From positions 72,354,001 to 72,418,000 of the forward strand of contig CM060733.1 in the NCBI GenBank assembly GCA_030704615.1: 64,000 bases of DNA. The letters run 5' to 3'. Origin of the DNA: Takakia lepidozioides (Eukaryota; Plantae; Bryophyta). Numbering within the stretch: the first letter of the stretch is position 1; each line of letters opens with the position of its first letter. Position numbers and translations under genes: made by a program. The notes under the pieces are model-generated. The model saw only the letters and a program-made list of their open reading frames with translations, had not been told where the DNA came from and did not search any database. Positions 25,061 through 37,929 of the stretch are shown in pieces.

Positions 25061-26289
25061 AAATGCCATGGAGGAGGTCTTACAAGCAAACAAGGTGTTG
25101 TTGGCGAGAAGACATGAACTATACGACCGACGAGTGTCTCCATATGCCCCTCACCTTTCCCACATTGACGTGGACGCCTTCAATTCATCACAGTTGTCCC
25201 ACCATGCATCGCAAATGGCGTCGCCAACACCCTCACATGTTGAAGACCTTCAAGCGCCTCATACAGAGACTTTTCAAGTGGAATCTCCGACGGCAGGTTT
25301 CTACACACCCATTGTGGAAGTTGATGTCAATCCCATCCCCTCTCATACTGTTCTGCCTCACAGTATTCTTTTAGACTCCCTAAGGGAATATTCCGCTGCC
25401 CTCGCTGTCTCTGCTGCCCCCGCCTCTTCTCCCCTTCCTATCTCTGATCGCTCCCAAGGAGCGCCCCTCCTCCCATCATCCCCCTCTTCGTGTAGTGCTT
25501 CGGCCTCTGCTCCCCTGAAATGGTAGAGGTTCCCTGATCCCCCTGATCCCCCTTCTCATCACAACTGGCCCCCTCACACCACTGCTTCCCGAGGTTTTGC
25601 TCAGCTCCCCGTGATCCCCTCTGCTCCCCCTCATCCCCCCATCCTCTGCGGCTTCGCAATGGACTTATATGCCCGGCCCCCTTGACCGTGCACTGCTCCC
25701 CCATGTATCACCCAAAGAGTTCGCTCAACAAGGCAGTGTGGCTGTCATCCGGCGGGGAAATTATTGAAGCCAGCGCCTTGTGTTCAGTGACCCATGATGT
25801 TTTGTGCAATTCACAGTGGTATGAGAGACATTTGTGGTGACCTCGGTGGGAACCATTTGGATTCCCATAGTGTATATAACATATCGGACACCGTATATGT
25901 GGTTTTGAAAGCCATTTTGTCTCATAACCATTATACATTCGCTTCCAACGTGAAGCCACCAGTTCAAAGTTCTCCATTTGAAAAGGAGGATACCATTGCA
26001 TTTGCAAGGCAGTGCACCATAAAACCGATGCTTCAATATCATCGTCCCTTTCAGAGAGCAAATGACACTGTCTTGGACTAAAGCGAAAGTTTGTGGGCTC
26101 TGGGTCATCTTCCGACTCTGGGGTCTCCGCCATTGTTGGGCAAATTTCAAATTTTGCTTTGGGGCTTATTTTCAGTTTTTGTTGCATGCTTATGCACCAC
26201 TCGTACGTGCAAGGGACGTGACCTTTCATAGTGCAAAACACGGACATGACCTTTCACAACTTGCCCCTTCACACGCGACTTTTCACCAG

Positions 26290-26780
26290 TAATCCCCCGA
26301 TCCCCCGATTTGAAACCTATCGTCCCTCATCCCCTCACCCCGTGGTCCCCTCATCCCCTTATCCCCCGTCCAGCTCCCAACATTCTCTCCATGATCCCCT
26401 GATCTCCCCACCCGTCCCCCTGGTTCCCTGATCCCCTCTTCTCCCGGCCGGTTCCCCTGCTTCCCTAATCCCCTGATCTCCCCAACCATTCCCCTGGTTC
26501 CATGATCCCCTGTTCTCCCCACCCGTTCCCCTGGTTCCCTGATTCCCTCATTTGCCCGGCCACTCCCCTGGTTCCCTGATCTCTCCCGCCTGTTCCCCTA
26601 CTTCCCTGATCCCCGCTAACCCCTTATACAATCCCTTGTCTTCTTCATCCCCTCATCCCCCGACCGCCCTGAACCTGAGCCCCCTGATCCCCTAAGCCCC
26701 CCCTTGGCCCCCCCTCATCCCTGGTTGTCTGATCCACCTCAAGGATCCCCTCACCCCCTCACCCCTTCATCCCCTTCACA
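26290..26780. repeat. C-rich low-complexity (GATCCCC/TTCCCC-type) repeat
   Basis: Many atcccc/gatcccct/gttcccc units. Confidence 0.8.
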
Positions 26781-26940
26781 GCACAGTGGACGCCAAAGAA
26801 GACATAAAGGGATGACAAAGAGGAGGACAAGCTTCATTTTTTTCTCGTGGGGAATGGAGATACAATAGCTACATCCTCAGCATCCGAGGCATGCACATGC
26901 GACAGTCTACGCTGCAAATCTACATCATCCCAATTATCCA

Positions 26941-27900
26941 CTATCCATCCACAAAGAAAATCCTGCTTTGATACTGCGTACTCACATACCAATCTGCTGT
27001 AAAAGTTGCCCCCCATTTTTTTGTGATTTTGGTCTCCAAGTATTTCTGTATGAAAGTCATTACAAAGTAGCCACACTCCCAGCCGCTTGGTTGTTGTGGC
27101 ACCTCAGGTTCCAGCCACTCCCATGCCATTATTTCATTCCAAAGTACTGAGTCCAGTTCAGCTTTGTGTAGGTATGCTCTAAAAGTGCGAAGACGCGTTT
27201 CAAAGGCAAGTCGGCTATGGGATTTGAATGATGTCATGGAATTCAGATGAACAAACTTGGACTTATCAAAAACCATCAAACTCCAATGGCCCCTACAGAA
27301 CGCACATGTGTTTGAGGCCAGACTAATGCTTTCCATTCTCCAAATCAAATCAAAGTCGGTCAAAGCTGCAAAATAGGAGGATTGAGGGACGTACCCAGAG
27401 CATAAGGGGACGAACCATGTCTGAACCTTATCTGGATCCTTCCCTAGGCACTTCTTAGTTACCCAATCATTTACAAGCCCTTTGGAAATCTTGTGAAGGT
27501 CGTCCTTGGATGATGCCTCCAAAGCCGTCCATATCAGTGTGTCCATCACAGCCCACCAGCAACGATTACTCTCCTCCAGGGATAGCTACAAAATATTGGC
27601 ATACAAAAACACCCCTCCACCCCCCGCTTCCCCATACAATTTTGACAACCGTAGATAATCCTATGAACCCAGAATGGACTCCTGTGGAGTGCCTTTGAAG
27701 AAAACAAGGCAGCCCTTGTCCTCTGGGAGCTTTTCCCTCAGTCTATTCTGGTTTCTACATTGTACACAAGTTCACGAAGTCACACAGGCAGACAATTAAC
27801 TGTTAAGGGTGTTTTCAAGCAACCATATCATCCCCCTATCATGCATATAAGCCCTGCTGAATGTACTCACCATGAATTTGGTCCCCCCTTGGTCGTTGGA
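26941..27900 (-). CDS. Ulp1/C48 SUMO-protease-like domain (transposon-borne, probably degenerate)
   Basis: WFVPLC [probable intron] GHWSLMVFD...HLNSM...EVPQQPSGWECGYFVMTFI. The catalytic His and Cys and the oxyanion Gln are present; the Asp position reads Asn. Confidence 0.8.
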
Positions 27901-27913
27901 AGCCTTGGCCCAC

Positions 27914-29299
27914 TTACTTAGTGACTTCTGGCCGACCAGATTTTGCCTTCCGTTTCTTCCCTGTTCTGGTGATAGCTTTACTTTCCCCCTCAGCTGCACG
28001 GTTCTCCTCCCTCCCCCGCATCTTCACCCGTATTTTTTGCGCACGCTTTGGCTCCCCCTCATCCTTCGGGGGCCTTTGCTTCCCCTTGCCGATCCCCTCT
28101 CCGATCTGCTCCCCCTTGCCCTTCATGTGTTCCTTCTCCTTCCCCTTATCCTTTGCTTCTTTCTGATCCACCTGCTCCATGCCCTGCAGGTTCAATTGGC
28201 GTCCCGAAGTTTTTGTAGCAACCCTATGCCGTGTTCGACCTGCTTCTGGGCCAAATGATGGTTTGCCGGAGGTCAAACCCATGTGCAGGGGGATTGGAGC
28301 AGAAAACATAGGCACAAGCACCGTCAGACCCGTGGTGAATGTGGAGCCAGGGGTGACCCCCAATTCAATATTCCAAGGATCTGTGGGGTAGACCAGACTA
28401 TCTGCGAGTGCGGATAACAACGGGATGGCTTGTGCATGATACGGGGGTGCACCTGGGAAAACTGACATGGGCGGAACAAACCCCTCCGTTGCCAATTCGG
28501 TGTTCCCTGCCAATGACTGGCGTTCAGGGGTCACCAACGTTGAAATAACCTCAACCTGTGTTGTCGGCAGAGGACTGGAAACAGTTGCAAATCTGCTAGA
28601 CTTGGTAGTTGGATCCACCATTCTTGGCACATCCTCCCTCTCCACGTGGGAAGTATACACAGACTCGGGATGAGTTGAAAGAGGTGATTGGACAAGGGCA
28701 GAGACTGAAGGACCACAGAGAGACACAGCAGCCCGCAACAGAGCATATACATGGAGGGGAGCAGGCATGACATCGGGAGCAACGTTGGGGGATGACACCT
28801 CGGGTGATGGAGCACTGAGGGGGGGACCGGAGGGAGTCACAGTAGCATGCGAGAGAGCAAACAGATGTGGGGAAGAAGAGTGGAAGTCAGGGGCAGACAG
28901 GGGGGGACCAGGGTCACACATGGATGCATGCTTCGTAGAAGGCAGATCTAGGGGAGCAGACAAAAAATCGGGAGTAGAGGTGGGGGCTGCCAGGGCTAAA
29001 GGGAGATCAGAAAGGGAGTGAGCAGTGATACACACTAAAGCAGTACCAGATGAGGGGGGAGCACAAAAAGAAAACTCATGCGAGGAGGGAGATGAGTCCG
29101 ATGGGATAGCATGCGGTGAGACGAGGGTAGCCTCTGGGGGAGCAAATAATGGAAGAAGTGCAGAGGCGGGGGGATCACATGGTTGGGGAGGAGTGGCAGA
29201 GAGGGCGGCAGACACAAAGGGGGGTGGGGGGGGCGGAGAGGAGGGTAGCACTTGGTGCGGGTTCACAGATTTGAAAGGGAGCAGCGGCGGGGACATCAC
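27914..29299 (-). CDS. Pro/Ser-rich ORF with a K/E-rich tail, probably the N-terminal part of the Ulp1 gene
   Basis: 461-aa low-complexity ORF directly upstream of the Ulp1 domain on the same strand. Confidence 0.4.
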   Translation of the reverse strand: MMSPPLLPFKSVNPHQVLPSSPPPPPPFVSAALSATPPQPCDPPASALLPLFAPPEATLVSPHAIPSDSSPSSHEFSFCAPPSSGTALVCITAHSLSDLPLALAAPTSTPDFLSAPLDLPSTKHASMCDPGPPLSAPDFHSSSPHLFALSHATVTPSGPPLSAPSPEVSSPNVAPDVMPAPLHVYALLRAAVSLCGPSVSALVQSPLSTHPESVYTSHVEREDVPRMVDPTTKSSRFATVSSPLPTTQVEVISTLVTPERQSLAGNTELATEGFVPPMSVFPGAPPYHAQAIPLLSALADSLVYPTDPWNIELGVTPGSTFTTGLTVLVPMFSAPIPLHMGLTSGKPSFGPEAGRTRHRVATKTSGRQLNLQGMEQVDQKEAKDKGKEKEHMKGKGEQIGEGIGKGKQRPPKDEGEPKRAQKIRVKMRGREENRAAEGESKAITRTGKKRKAKSGRPEVTK

Positions 29300-29404
29300 A
29301 TGATGGGGCAGCAGAGACAGAGAGGGTAGCAGACACTGATCCCCTTCACAGTGAAAGATGCTATGCTCTCATGCTCCCAGGAGTCCACGCCGTCGATTCC
29401 ACAC

Positions 29405-30630
29405 ACCTTGTGTTCATTCGTTCCGAAGGTCGCATCACAAGAGACGATACGTTTGTCACCCATTTGGAGCATTATTTTTTTCTGAAATTATGTTTGAATG
29501 CCAATGGCAAATTTGAGGTCGACATTGCCGCGCCGTGTTCCTCCAGCAGGGGCATTGGGTGTGTCCCCTTGATAGAAGAAAACACTCTGGGGCTGGGCCT
29601 CCTTCCACATCTTCAGACTGGTCCCCTCGTCCTTATGTCGCTTGAAAATCTCACATGCCAGCTTGTCCATGATGTTTCTAATGTTATGCTCAAGCACAAC
29701 ATCATCACGACACCACTTCTCTCCATTGACCTTGCTGTCAAACACCTGTTGTTCATGTTGGGCCATGATTTCAGCAGGCGACAACCCAGCACGTATGCTA
29801 TCCGTTATCCACATCTTAACCTCTTCACTAAGGTGAGGTGCGTGCGCGAAACGGGTGTTACTTGAAGTCGGGTCAATGTGGCCATGGCAGACCTTGTCAC
29901 ATCCATCAACATGGTTTTTGTTGTAGTATGTTATGACAGCAAGAGAAGGATCCAGGTAGCATCGTCCAATCCTAAACTGACAGAGGCAACCCCTCTTGAT
30001 GGACTCTCCCTGAACGACTTTCTTCCGTCTCGGCCCTTTGTGGTTGTTGTAAGAAGGCGATGAAGCATCAGCACACACCCTCTCCTGCCGTTCCTTCTCT
30101 TCAAAGAATGTTTCTTGACAGGTATTGCATTTGTGCGCTTGTCCTCAGGTCCCTAAGAACAATGGAACCTGGACAATGATGAGAACTATGTCGGCGGAGT
30201 GGAATACTCGGAGCAAGAGAGCATTTTGACAAAATAGAAGAGCAAACAATGCAAACAAGCAGCATGCCATTACAAAGAACACATAGAGACCATCCAGAAA
30301 CCACAAAGGTGAAGGCGGACTTTATGACAAGAGAGCAACTATTGGCCCTCGGAGCTAAGAGCTCACCCTCCTTTCCCTATTTAGGCACCATTCTGTTGAA
30401 GTGAGTGGGCGCCTCTGCCCTTTGTTCCTCCCCTCTCACAAAATCGTCGATCCTGCTCCAAGGAATGACCGCAACATCCGTATATACACGATGTCCACCT
30501 CCACTTGAAATAGTTGGAGTCCATATAAGCGACCTGTGGTTGAAGGAACCATCCGGGGGGATTTGCAACGTGTCACGTAGCTGTGATAGAAGGAATGACG
30601 TGCGCAACTCCAAAGATCCAGTCATGATGC
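29405..30630 (-). pseudogene. Mutator-like (MULE) transposase N-terminal half, At4g13970/At1g60560-like; truncated
   Basis: DVAVIPWSRIDDFVRGEE...PTHF; SIKRGCLCQF...HVD...CHG...APHLSEE...RDD...VFFYQ...FAIGIQT*FQKKIM...SCDATFGTN (first catalytic Asp motif). Premature TAA at 29488-29490; the rest of the DDE domain is missing. Confidence 0.8.
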
Positions 30631-30899
30631 CCGACACCCCCGCAGGAACAGTACACATCCGCAGACCACACGCGTCCTGCAGAAACAGTACACAGCAGCA
30701 AACTACACGCGTAAGTGCAGCATACACGCGCGCAAAGAGGATCAAATTTGCGAGCAGCCGGAAACCCTAAATTTCAATACATCCAGTCCGTTCAGCTCAC
30801 AGACCAAAATGGCGGGGAACGTGCATGGCCGTTGGATGGGGGAGGACGACATAGATGAACAAAATGATAGCCATGTGCAAACAACCCTGACATTTGACA

Positions 30900-32075
30900 C
30901 CTGGAAGGGGGATCGCTCCCGGGGGGTGGGGGAGCAGAAGGATGGGGGATCACTCCAGGTGGTGTGGGGGATCAACGGAGAGGGGACCGCCATGGGGGGG
31001 AACGATCACCTGTTCCCGCGTTGACGCGCGGGGGGGGGGGGGGGTGCAAGGGTGGGCGGCATGGCGGGGGCGGGGGATCAACCAGAGGCGGGGGGAGCGG
31101 TGGCTCGGGGGATCGGGTCTTGGATGGGACGAGGGGATCGACGGCTACGGAGACCGCCACGTGGTGGTAGAAGACGAGACGGGAGCGGCGACGTGTCGGG
31201 GGACCCGCGCGTGGTAGGAAGAGGGGATCGGCGGCGGGGGAGCGCCACGTGCCGTCCGATGGGGGATCAGTCACCGCATTGGACGGGGGGATCAACCGAG
31301 GGGGGGGGGGGCCGGCGACGTGTCGGGGGATCGGGCTGTCGATGGGAAGAGGGGATCGACGGCGGGGGGAGCGGCACGTGGCAGGTCAGTGTCATCCGGC
31401 CGTCGTCCATCCCTTGTGCGGGAGGATGGCGGGGGATGAGGGGCGGATGACACACAACATCCATTGTTTGTGAGGTCGGATGATGCGCAGGGAATCGACG
31501 GTCCGGGGGATCCGCACGTGGCGGGCGATTAGGGTTGGGGGATCACTCCCGGTCCGGAAGGGGATCAAGGCGTGTCAGGGGGAGTGCGCCGTGGATGGGA
31601 GGAGGGGATCGACGGCGGCGGGAGCGCCACGTGGCGATGGGCGCGTCATGGGCCTTCATCCGGCCGTCATCCATTCAATTGAGGTTGGATGGATGGGGAG
31701 GGGATCGACGGTTTGGGGTAGTGCCACGTGGCTAGAGATGGGGGTGGGGGATCACTCCGGCACTGGAAGGGGGATCACCCAGTGGGGATCACAGCGGGGC
31801 CGCCACGTGGCTGGAGACCGGGCGGTGCTGTGGGGCGCCGCGCGGCCAGCGGTGGGGCGGGGGTCAAGGGTCCCGGGCGGGGGCGCGGGGAGCAGAGGGC
31901 GGGCGGGGGCGGGGCAACGGGCGGGAGGGGTCGGAGGGGGTGGGGATGATTTGACATGGGGCGTCCAGCTCGCGGACGAGGCTGCCGGAGTGGGGGTTCC
32001 CCTGCTGTACCTCGCGGGCCGTACCCGTCAGGTCACACGCTTGCAATAAAATCAAGCCACATCCATATTGGGCAA
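30900..32075. repeat. GC-rich subterminal repeat region (GGGGATC and CCACGTG units), probable end of the MULE
   Basis: Dozens of ggggatc motifs upstream of the transposase. The last ~140 bp are an inverted homolog of 4655-4800. Confidence 0.6.
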
Positions 32076-33895
32076 GTGGCACTTGAGAATGAACTGTAGA
32101 TGGTTAATTCCCAGAACTAGGTGTTGTCCCAAAAATCTCTGGCTTGCTAATAATTGGAGTGCAGGTGATGCAGGAATTGCGAGGCAGCTGGAGGCAACCA
32201 AACATGCGTTAGCTAGTTTGTAGGTTACTCCTCTTCAGGCGTAGCTTGTAGGAAGAAGCTTAAATTACTGACTCCAGCAAGAGTATGATAGAAAAATTCT
32301 AGTGAACTTACTCTTTGACTACCAGTTTACTGTTAAAGAGTAAGTTCACTAGAAACATCTCCAAAGCAGCTATTCATGGGCTTGTGATAGACACCACAGC
32401 CAGTTTATAATATGAGAGCTTAGCTGCTTGCAATTTTCTATTAAAGGACATCCTTATGTCAAGCTTGTGCCTGCGCGGCGAGCTTGGGTAAGCTGTAAGT
32501 ACTATCCTGATGCAGCTGCTGATCACTGTACCAGGTTCTTATACATGTAGTGTGGTGCCGTGCCTATGCCCCACGAATTCCTCCTTGAATGAATCAGGTT
32601 ATGTTGTCAGGTGCACAGTGACACGCCAACACAACCATTCTGGTGACAAGGATGTTGAGGAAGCTCTGCAAAGAGGCGTGGATCCTGACCAGTGTGCTCA
32701 GGTCAGTTCCTTTCAACGCTCAAGTAGACCAGCAGCGTTGGAGGAGCAGCAACTGGACGAGGCAGCACCTGACAGGACTCGACGAAGCAGATACAATCGA
32801 GGCAAAGCCCTATACTCCAATTCCTCCACTTTAAGCTGAAAGAAATTTTAGGGTTAGGATCTTATATATTTCGTCCGACGGCGTCGTCCCTGCCAACGTC
32901 GCGTGGACGTTGTCATTTCGCCGCGTTGGCCCCAGATACGGCACAACTGTGGTCGTGGGTACGCAACCCGACACAATTTCTGTCTGGCGTCTCTATACGT
33001 TAGGTCTGCGTTCGAAACTTAATAAGAATGCAAAGGTAACTGGAATCGATAGAGCGATGAGGAGCATGAATAGGTACTTGGGCGGGTTACGGGCCCCTTG
33101 CTTGACATTGTCAGAATTGGCAGCAACATAGCTGGAACAAGTCTGGTGGCAACATGTTGATTGATCATATATATGCTCTCGCTAATTGCCTACAGAAAAC
33201 GACGAGACATAAGTTGTAGACACCCTTCGAACAACATGTACACACACCCATACACATCCAACGTGCACATCCCGAGGACACACTACTAGAATCATGTGAA
33301 TCATCCATATACGTCATCTGCAAACCAGCCCAATTCACATGACTCATGCAAGGACCCTCCCACCATTTTCACGTTGCGAGCAAGTTACTCGCCACACTCG
33401 ACTTCAAAAACTATCTTGCAAGTCATTGAAACAACTCCCAGCCGCTTACATACCCAACAGAGACATGCATTGCGGCAAGAGATCCGCGGCAACTTCAACG
33501 AGAATTCATGGCAATGCTTGATTCTCCCGAGATACACACGCATGCTAGTTACAAATAACGGACTCCCATCATCCTCTGAAAAATTGAGTATCTAACAATT
33601 TGACCAAAGTACATGGTTTAGGATCTGACTTCCTATAGAGAAGCATGACTCGTGGTCTGCCAGGTCACATCGGAACTCCACCAAATGAATAGTGCAAAAC
33701 TGCCCGATCTAACCTGTAAAACGGAGGAAGCCGCATCTCCCGGCCTTCACAGACTCTCACCTCCCGGTGGAATAATCTCAACTTCCAGATCACGACGCTT
33801 GCGCGTCCTCTGAACTTAACTCCGCCCTCGTGGCAAGGGGGCTCACACCTGTGAAGCACCTCGCGTGGGTTGCTTATCCTACACTTTGCCTCTAC

Positions 33896-34816
33896 CTACA
33901 GAAGCAACAGTCCAGACGCAAGAACTGCCATCAGTAGCAAAGCCCTACTGCAATCGACAAATGATGACGCATTGGGTTTAGCAGTGCTTGGGGCCACTGC
34001 TGAAGCTGCAGGGCTGTAGCTCGTGGATGGCCCCGAGGGCGGCGCAGGGGGCGAGCCCGCCGGACTCCTGATGGGTCCAGAGGTCGGCACCGGGGCAGTG
34101 GAAGGAACGCCTGATAGAGATGGTACTGGAGACAGTACTGGGGCAACCGTCGGAGCAAGAGTGGGAACAAGGGAAGGAGACGGTGCAGTAACAACGGGTG
34201 AAGGAGCTGGAGGGAGGACTGGACCACGGTTAGGAGATGGGGCAGGCGTTGGTACAGCAGCAGGCGCCGGCACTGGGGCTGCAGCACTGAGGCCACTGGG
34301 AACCAACACACCATTGATCTCAAAGAAGCTATAGTTGTACGGATACGACGTGATGTTGGTGATAACAGCGGCTTGCGGAGCAGACCCTGCTGAAGGAGGT
34401 CCCACCTCGACTGCGCCATTAGGCTTGTCTGTGATGTTGACGAAACCCAACTGTCCCTGAGCTCTCCCTGTGGTCTGATACAATGTAGTCACAAGGCCCG
34501 ACCCATTGTTCATCTGCTTTATCTCCGAGACATCCAAATACTGCAAGAGAACGTGGTATCTCAACACATCGCTAACCTCTTGTACGCTCATCTGAGCATT
34601 GGCAGCTGCGACGGGGTCGAGAACGGCATTGGTAGGGCATAGAAGAGTGAGGGACGACCTGCTGAGGATCTCGTTGATCACCTTTGTCTCAGAAAGCAGG
34701 CGATTGAAGGTAGAGTAACTAGGATACTTCGCCAAAATTTGTGTCACATTTTGGGCCGAGACTGCCACAGCTGCAAACAGCACTGCAGCCGCAATGAACT
34801 GCACTTGCAACCTCAT
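33896..34816 (-). CDS. FLA: Fasciclin-like arabinogalactan protein (one FAS1 domain, signal peptide, AP/SP/TP-rich region, probable GPI signal)
   Basis: Signal peptide MRLQVQFIAAAVLFAAVAVSA; NVTQIL...YSTFNRLL; H1 TLLCPTNA; LRYHVLLQY; TTLYQTTG...GFVNIT; H2 PYNYSFFEINGVLVP; hydrophobic C-terminus. Intact 306-aa ORF. Confidence 0.95.
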   Translation of the reverse strand: MRLQVQFIAAAVLFAAVAVSAQNVTQILAKYPSYSTFNRLLSETKVINEILSRSSLTLLCPTNAVLDPVAAANAQMSVQEVSDVLRYHVLLQYLDVSEIKQMNNGSGLVTTLYQTTGRAQGQLGFVNITDKPNGAVEVGPPSAGSAPQAAVITNITSYPYNYSFFEINGVLVPSGLSAAAPVPAPAAVPTPAPSPNRGPVLPPAPSPVVTAPSPSLVPTLAPTVAPVLSPVPSLSGVPSTAPVPTSGPIRSPAGSPPAPPSGPSTSYSPAASAVAPSTAKPNASSFVDCSRALLLMAVLASGLLLL

Positions 34817-34936
34817 CTCTCCTGCTCTCTTATTTTCCAGAAAGGAAACCGTTCAACCCAAGCTCCAGGCAACGACAGCCAATGCACTACTACAGCTTTG
34901 CTGTTAATCCCAGAGCAACACTCCAGTTTCCACAGC

Positions 34937-34938
<2 letters not shown>

Positions 34939-34972
<34 letters not shown>
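34939..34972. repeat. (GA)n microsatellite just upstream of the FLA start
   Basis: About 17 GA units. Confidence 0.95.
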
Positions 34973-34976
<4 letters not shown>

Positions 34977-36289
34977 CCGACAATGCGCAGTGGAGAGCGA
35001 CCCCAAGCTAGTAAACTATCCTCAGACCCGCAGCTACTTGGCAATAGGGAGCCCTAACGGTGACTCTCAGCTACAACCGGCTGCTGACTGTCTGCCTATC
35101 GAGGGGCCCTCATACACCACGTGGCGCGCATCCGAGGATTTGGTCTTCTCTGGTGCTGCTACGGAAATGGCTTGTTTTGTACCTCAAAATTTAGAGCCTC
35201 TCATTGTAGATTCGTAGCGTCTTCTTGAAGGTGGAGGTGGTGGGGGTAGCAGTAGCTGTGGAAGTGGGGGTTAACCCCTCAAGGACGACCACCGTTTTGG
35301 TGGGCCAGCCCAAAAACGGTACATACTGGCATGGATGAGCCCATAACTTCCTGCCCTGAATCATCCACAGAAATGGACCTTATAGAAATGTGAGTAACTA
35401 CTACATCCATCTGCCCATGCATTTTCAGAGACTTTGACCGATGCAATTGGCAGATTATAAGAAAATTATAATGTTCTTTTTTCAAGCTACCACCAATTTC
35501 ACCCAAAAAAAATAGCTTTGACCAAGGTGGAAGTGGGGGTTTTTGATTTTAGCCCTACATATTCAGATAGAAGGGCAGTCATACCATGCATGCCAGAATT
35601 TGTAGCCAATTCCCCCCAATTTTTGTTGGGGGTCCTTTGTATGTGAAAGTGGGGGGTAAAAAAGGGGTTCTTGTACACTACGCTGCAATATGAGCCATGG
35701 GAACCTTTTTTTTCTTTTCTTTTTTCTGAAAACAAATTCCAACGGTGACATTGTGTGCTGCAGAAATGCAGAGACAATGGTGAATTTTTTTGGAAGTGTC
35801 ACCCTCAGATGTGCATTCTGCCAGTATTTGGGTTCCATCCCTACTCAGGCATTCAGCGCCGGAGCAGGTAGCACTTTCCGGCGGGGGTTTTGGGGGGCCA
35901 CGTCACAAAAACCCAAAAACACAAGGTGGCCTCCCCCCCCCCCCCCCCCCCCCCAAACCATTTCCTGGGTAGTGCGCACCCGTTTTCACTCCAGGAAAGG
36001 GTTTTGCTGGCCAACCGTCAACATGTTCTCTTTCAACCTGATCTTGAAGCCTAGAATCAACTTTATGGTTACAGGTAACTGACACTACTACAGTGAGCCT
36101 TGCATGGTGATAAAGGGCCCTGTTATCAATTCTAAAATGAGGAGTACTTAACCACTCAATATGCCTTCTTACCTTTCTTGATGCGGAGTTCAGGCAATCC
36201 AAGAGCCTGTTCCCACAGTCTGCAGATTGAGATAGAGAGATGTGATTACACACCCGCTCAGGATAGATCTGCCTGAGTTGCACCACAGC

Positions 36290-36500
36290 AGCACAGAGGG
36301 CTGTTATTGCTGGAAGCACGGCCTTCGGAGAGGGAGGAAGAAGTTACCTCAGTACCACAGCCACCACAGCCAGTTGAACCGGTTGCCCCAGGGGTAACAC
36401 AGATTGTACACGTTGTCACACTGGAGCCTCTTACTGTGGAGGGGGAGGGGCTGGACATCCCCACTACAGAGCAGGTAGTGGCATAAATTGAGAAGGGTGA
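36290..36500 (+). mobile_element. Fragment of the LTR family's 3' accessory ORF
   Basis: gagagggaggaagaagttacc...ggacatccccactacagagcaggtagtggca...attgagaaggg matches 17740-17920. Confidence 0.7.
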
Positions 36501-37400
36501 AGCATTGCACTGGCCTCGTTCATACTCAAAGTAGGATAATTAAGGTTGTCAGCACAACAGCGGAGACGCCGAAGAAAAACCATGATCCCTGCGTGTGGGT
36601 GGAATAACGTCATCAGAAGCGTCCTTCTGCGAGCGAAGATGAGGAGCATTTGCCTACGATACTGCCTTATGCTCTGCATCCACCGCTTTCCGTTCCACTG
36701 TTCTTGTTTTCTAAGCCAGCAAATTCCATTCCATACGTCTATTGCCACTGGCCGGGAAGGGTCTTCTACTATTCTGCAAGGCTGTGCTGACTTGCCGATG
36801 AGCGGTCTCTGAGTTTTTGCGAGTGTTCTTCTAGTTTGTCTTTTATCCTTGTTGAAGAATTGCAAGACCATAACATTTTTGTGTATTTTCCTATGTTGTG
36901 AAGTTGACCGAGGTGGTGTGTTTGAAGCCCAATAGTCATGCCGAGCGCATTCCATAGTGGGATAGGAAACGGCAAGTCTGTGCAGACTTTTAGTACATAC
37001 CAGTGCGGCATCGGACAAGTCTGTGCTGACTTCTCAACTGGAACTTGTGAAAAATAAAAAAAATCATAAGTTGGTACATGACCAACTTACATTGATACAT
37101 GAGCCGTTTTAAGTCCTCATGAAAGTTGCTCCTCATCCATGTCATTCATCCGTTTGGGAAGTGGGGATCGCTACCCTTGATCAACCAATATCCAGCGGTT
37201 CACATTTATCCTTGTTTTCCCATTAGCTCTCTTTCCCGGGCTATGTTGAGATCGGGGAGAGGTTCCCATGATTGAAGTAGCGAGTTGTAGCGTTGTTCTG
37301 AGAGTCGTCTGAAGTGAGATCCTCCAGCAAGATAAGCATATTTTCCTGCATTTGCTAACTTACAAAGACCTCGATCCTGAATCATTCTTGGCGCTGAAGA

Positions 37401-37560
37401 CTATTCATTGATTTCTAGATCATACCTCCATACCATGTAACCTCTAGAGTACTGTCCGCACCAAAAGTTGCATTCCTCTGTGATGCACTCCAAGGCCACA
37501 TGGTCTGTCAACCCCGGAATCAAGGAGTTGTGATTGGGCTGGTCCTCTCTCTGATGGAAT
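37401..37560 (-). pseudogene. F-box/kelch gene fragment
   Basis: SLIPGLTDHVALECI (F-box start, consensus LIPGLPDDVALECL) joined to a kelch-like VWRYDL..NE piece. Confidence 0.45.
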
Positions 37561-37929
37561 GCCACTTTATGCAGGTTCTCCAGTGATACAACATCCTCTG
37601 GAATGACAATTCCGTTGCGAAGGCTCCCATAGTCAGACAAACTAGTCGCCAGAGATGGGTTTTCAAAAATCCGAATCCGGTTTACAGTCTGAGAGCGAGA
37701 CCTTTTCCTATCCTCCTGGAACATGTCATTGATCTTCTTTGAAGAAGAAGCCGTTATCACATCTGGCTTGCTCCGATAGTTACTCCAGCTCTGTCATTGC
37801 TATATAATTTCACTTCTTGAAGATTTTCTACTATAATTTTGTACTCAACTCAATAAAATATACACTAATGTACATGAAAGACGCTATTTTAATTAGAATA
37901 AAAAAAGGATGATCGACATATATGGCGGC

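Noticed and set aside
30742-32082. Many overlapping Gly/Arg/Pro-rich ORFs
   Set aside because: They are by-products of GC-rich, stop-poor repeats and contain no domain motifs.
35960-36260. Possible receptor-kinase C-terminal fragment (VDSRLQDQVEREHV)
   Set aside because: Too short and degenerate; no kinase catalytic motifs nearby.
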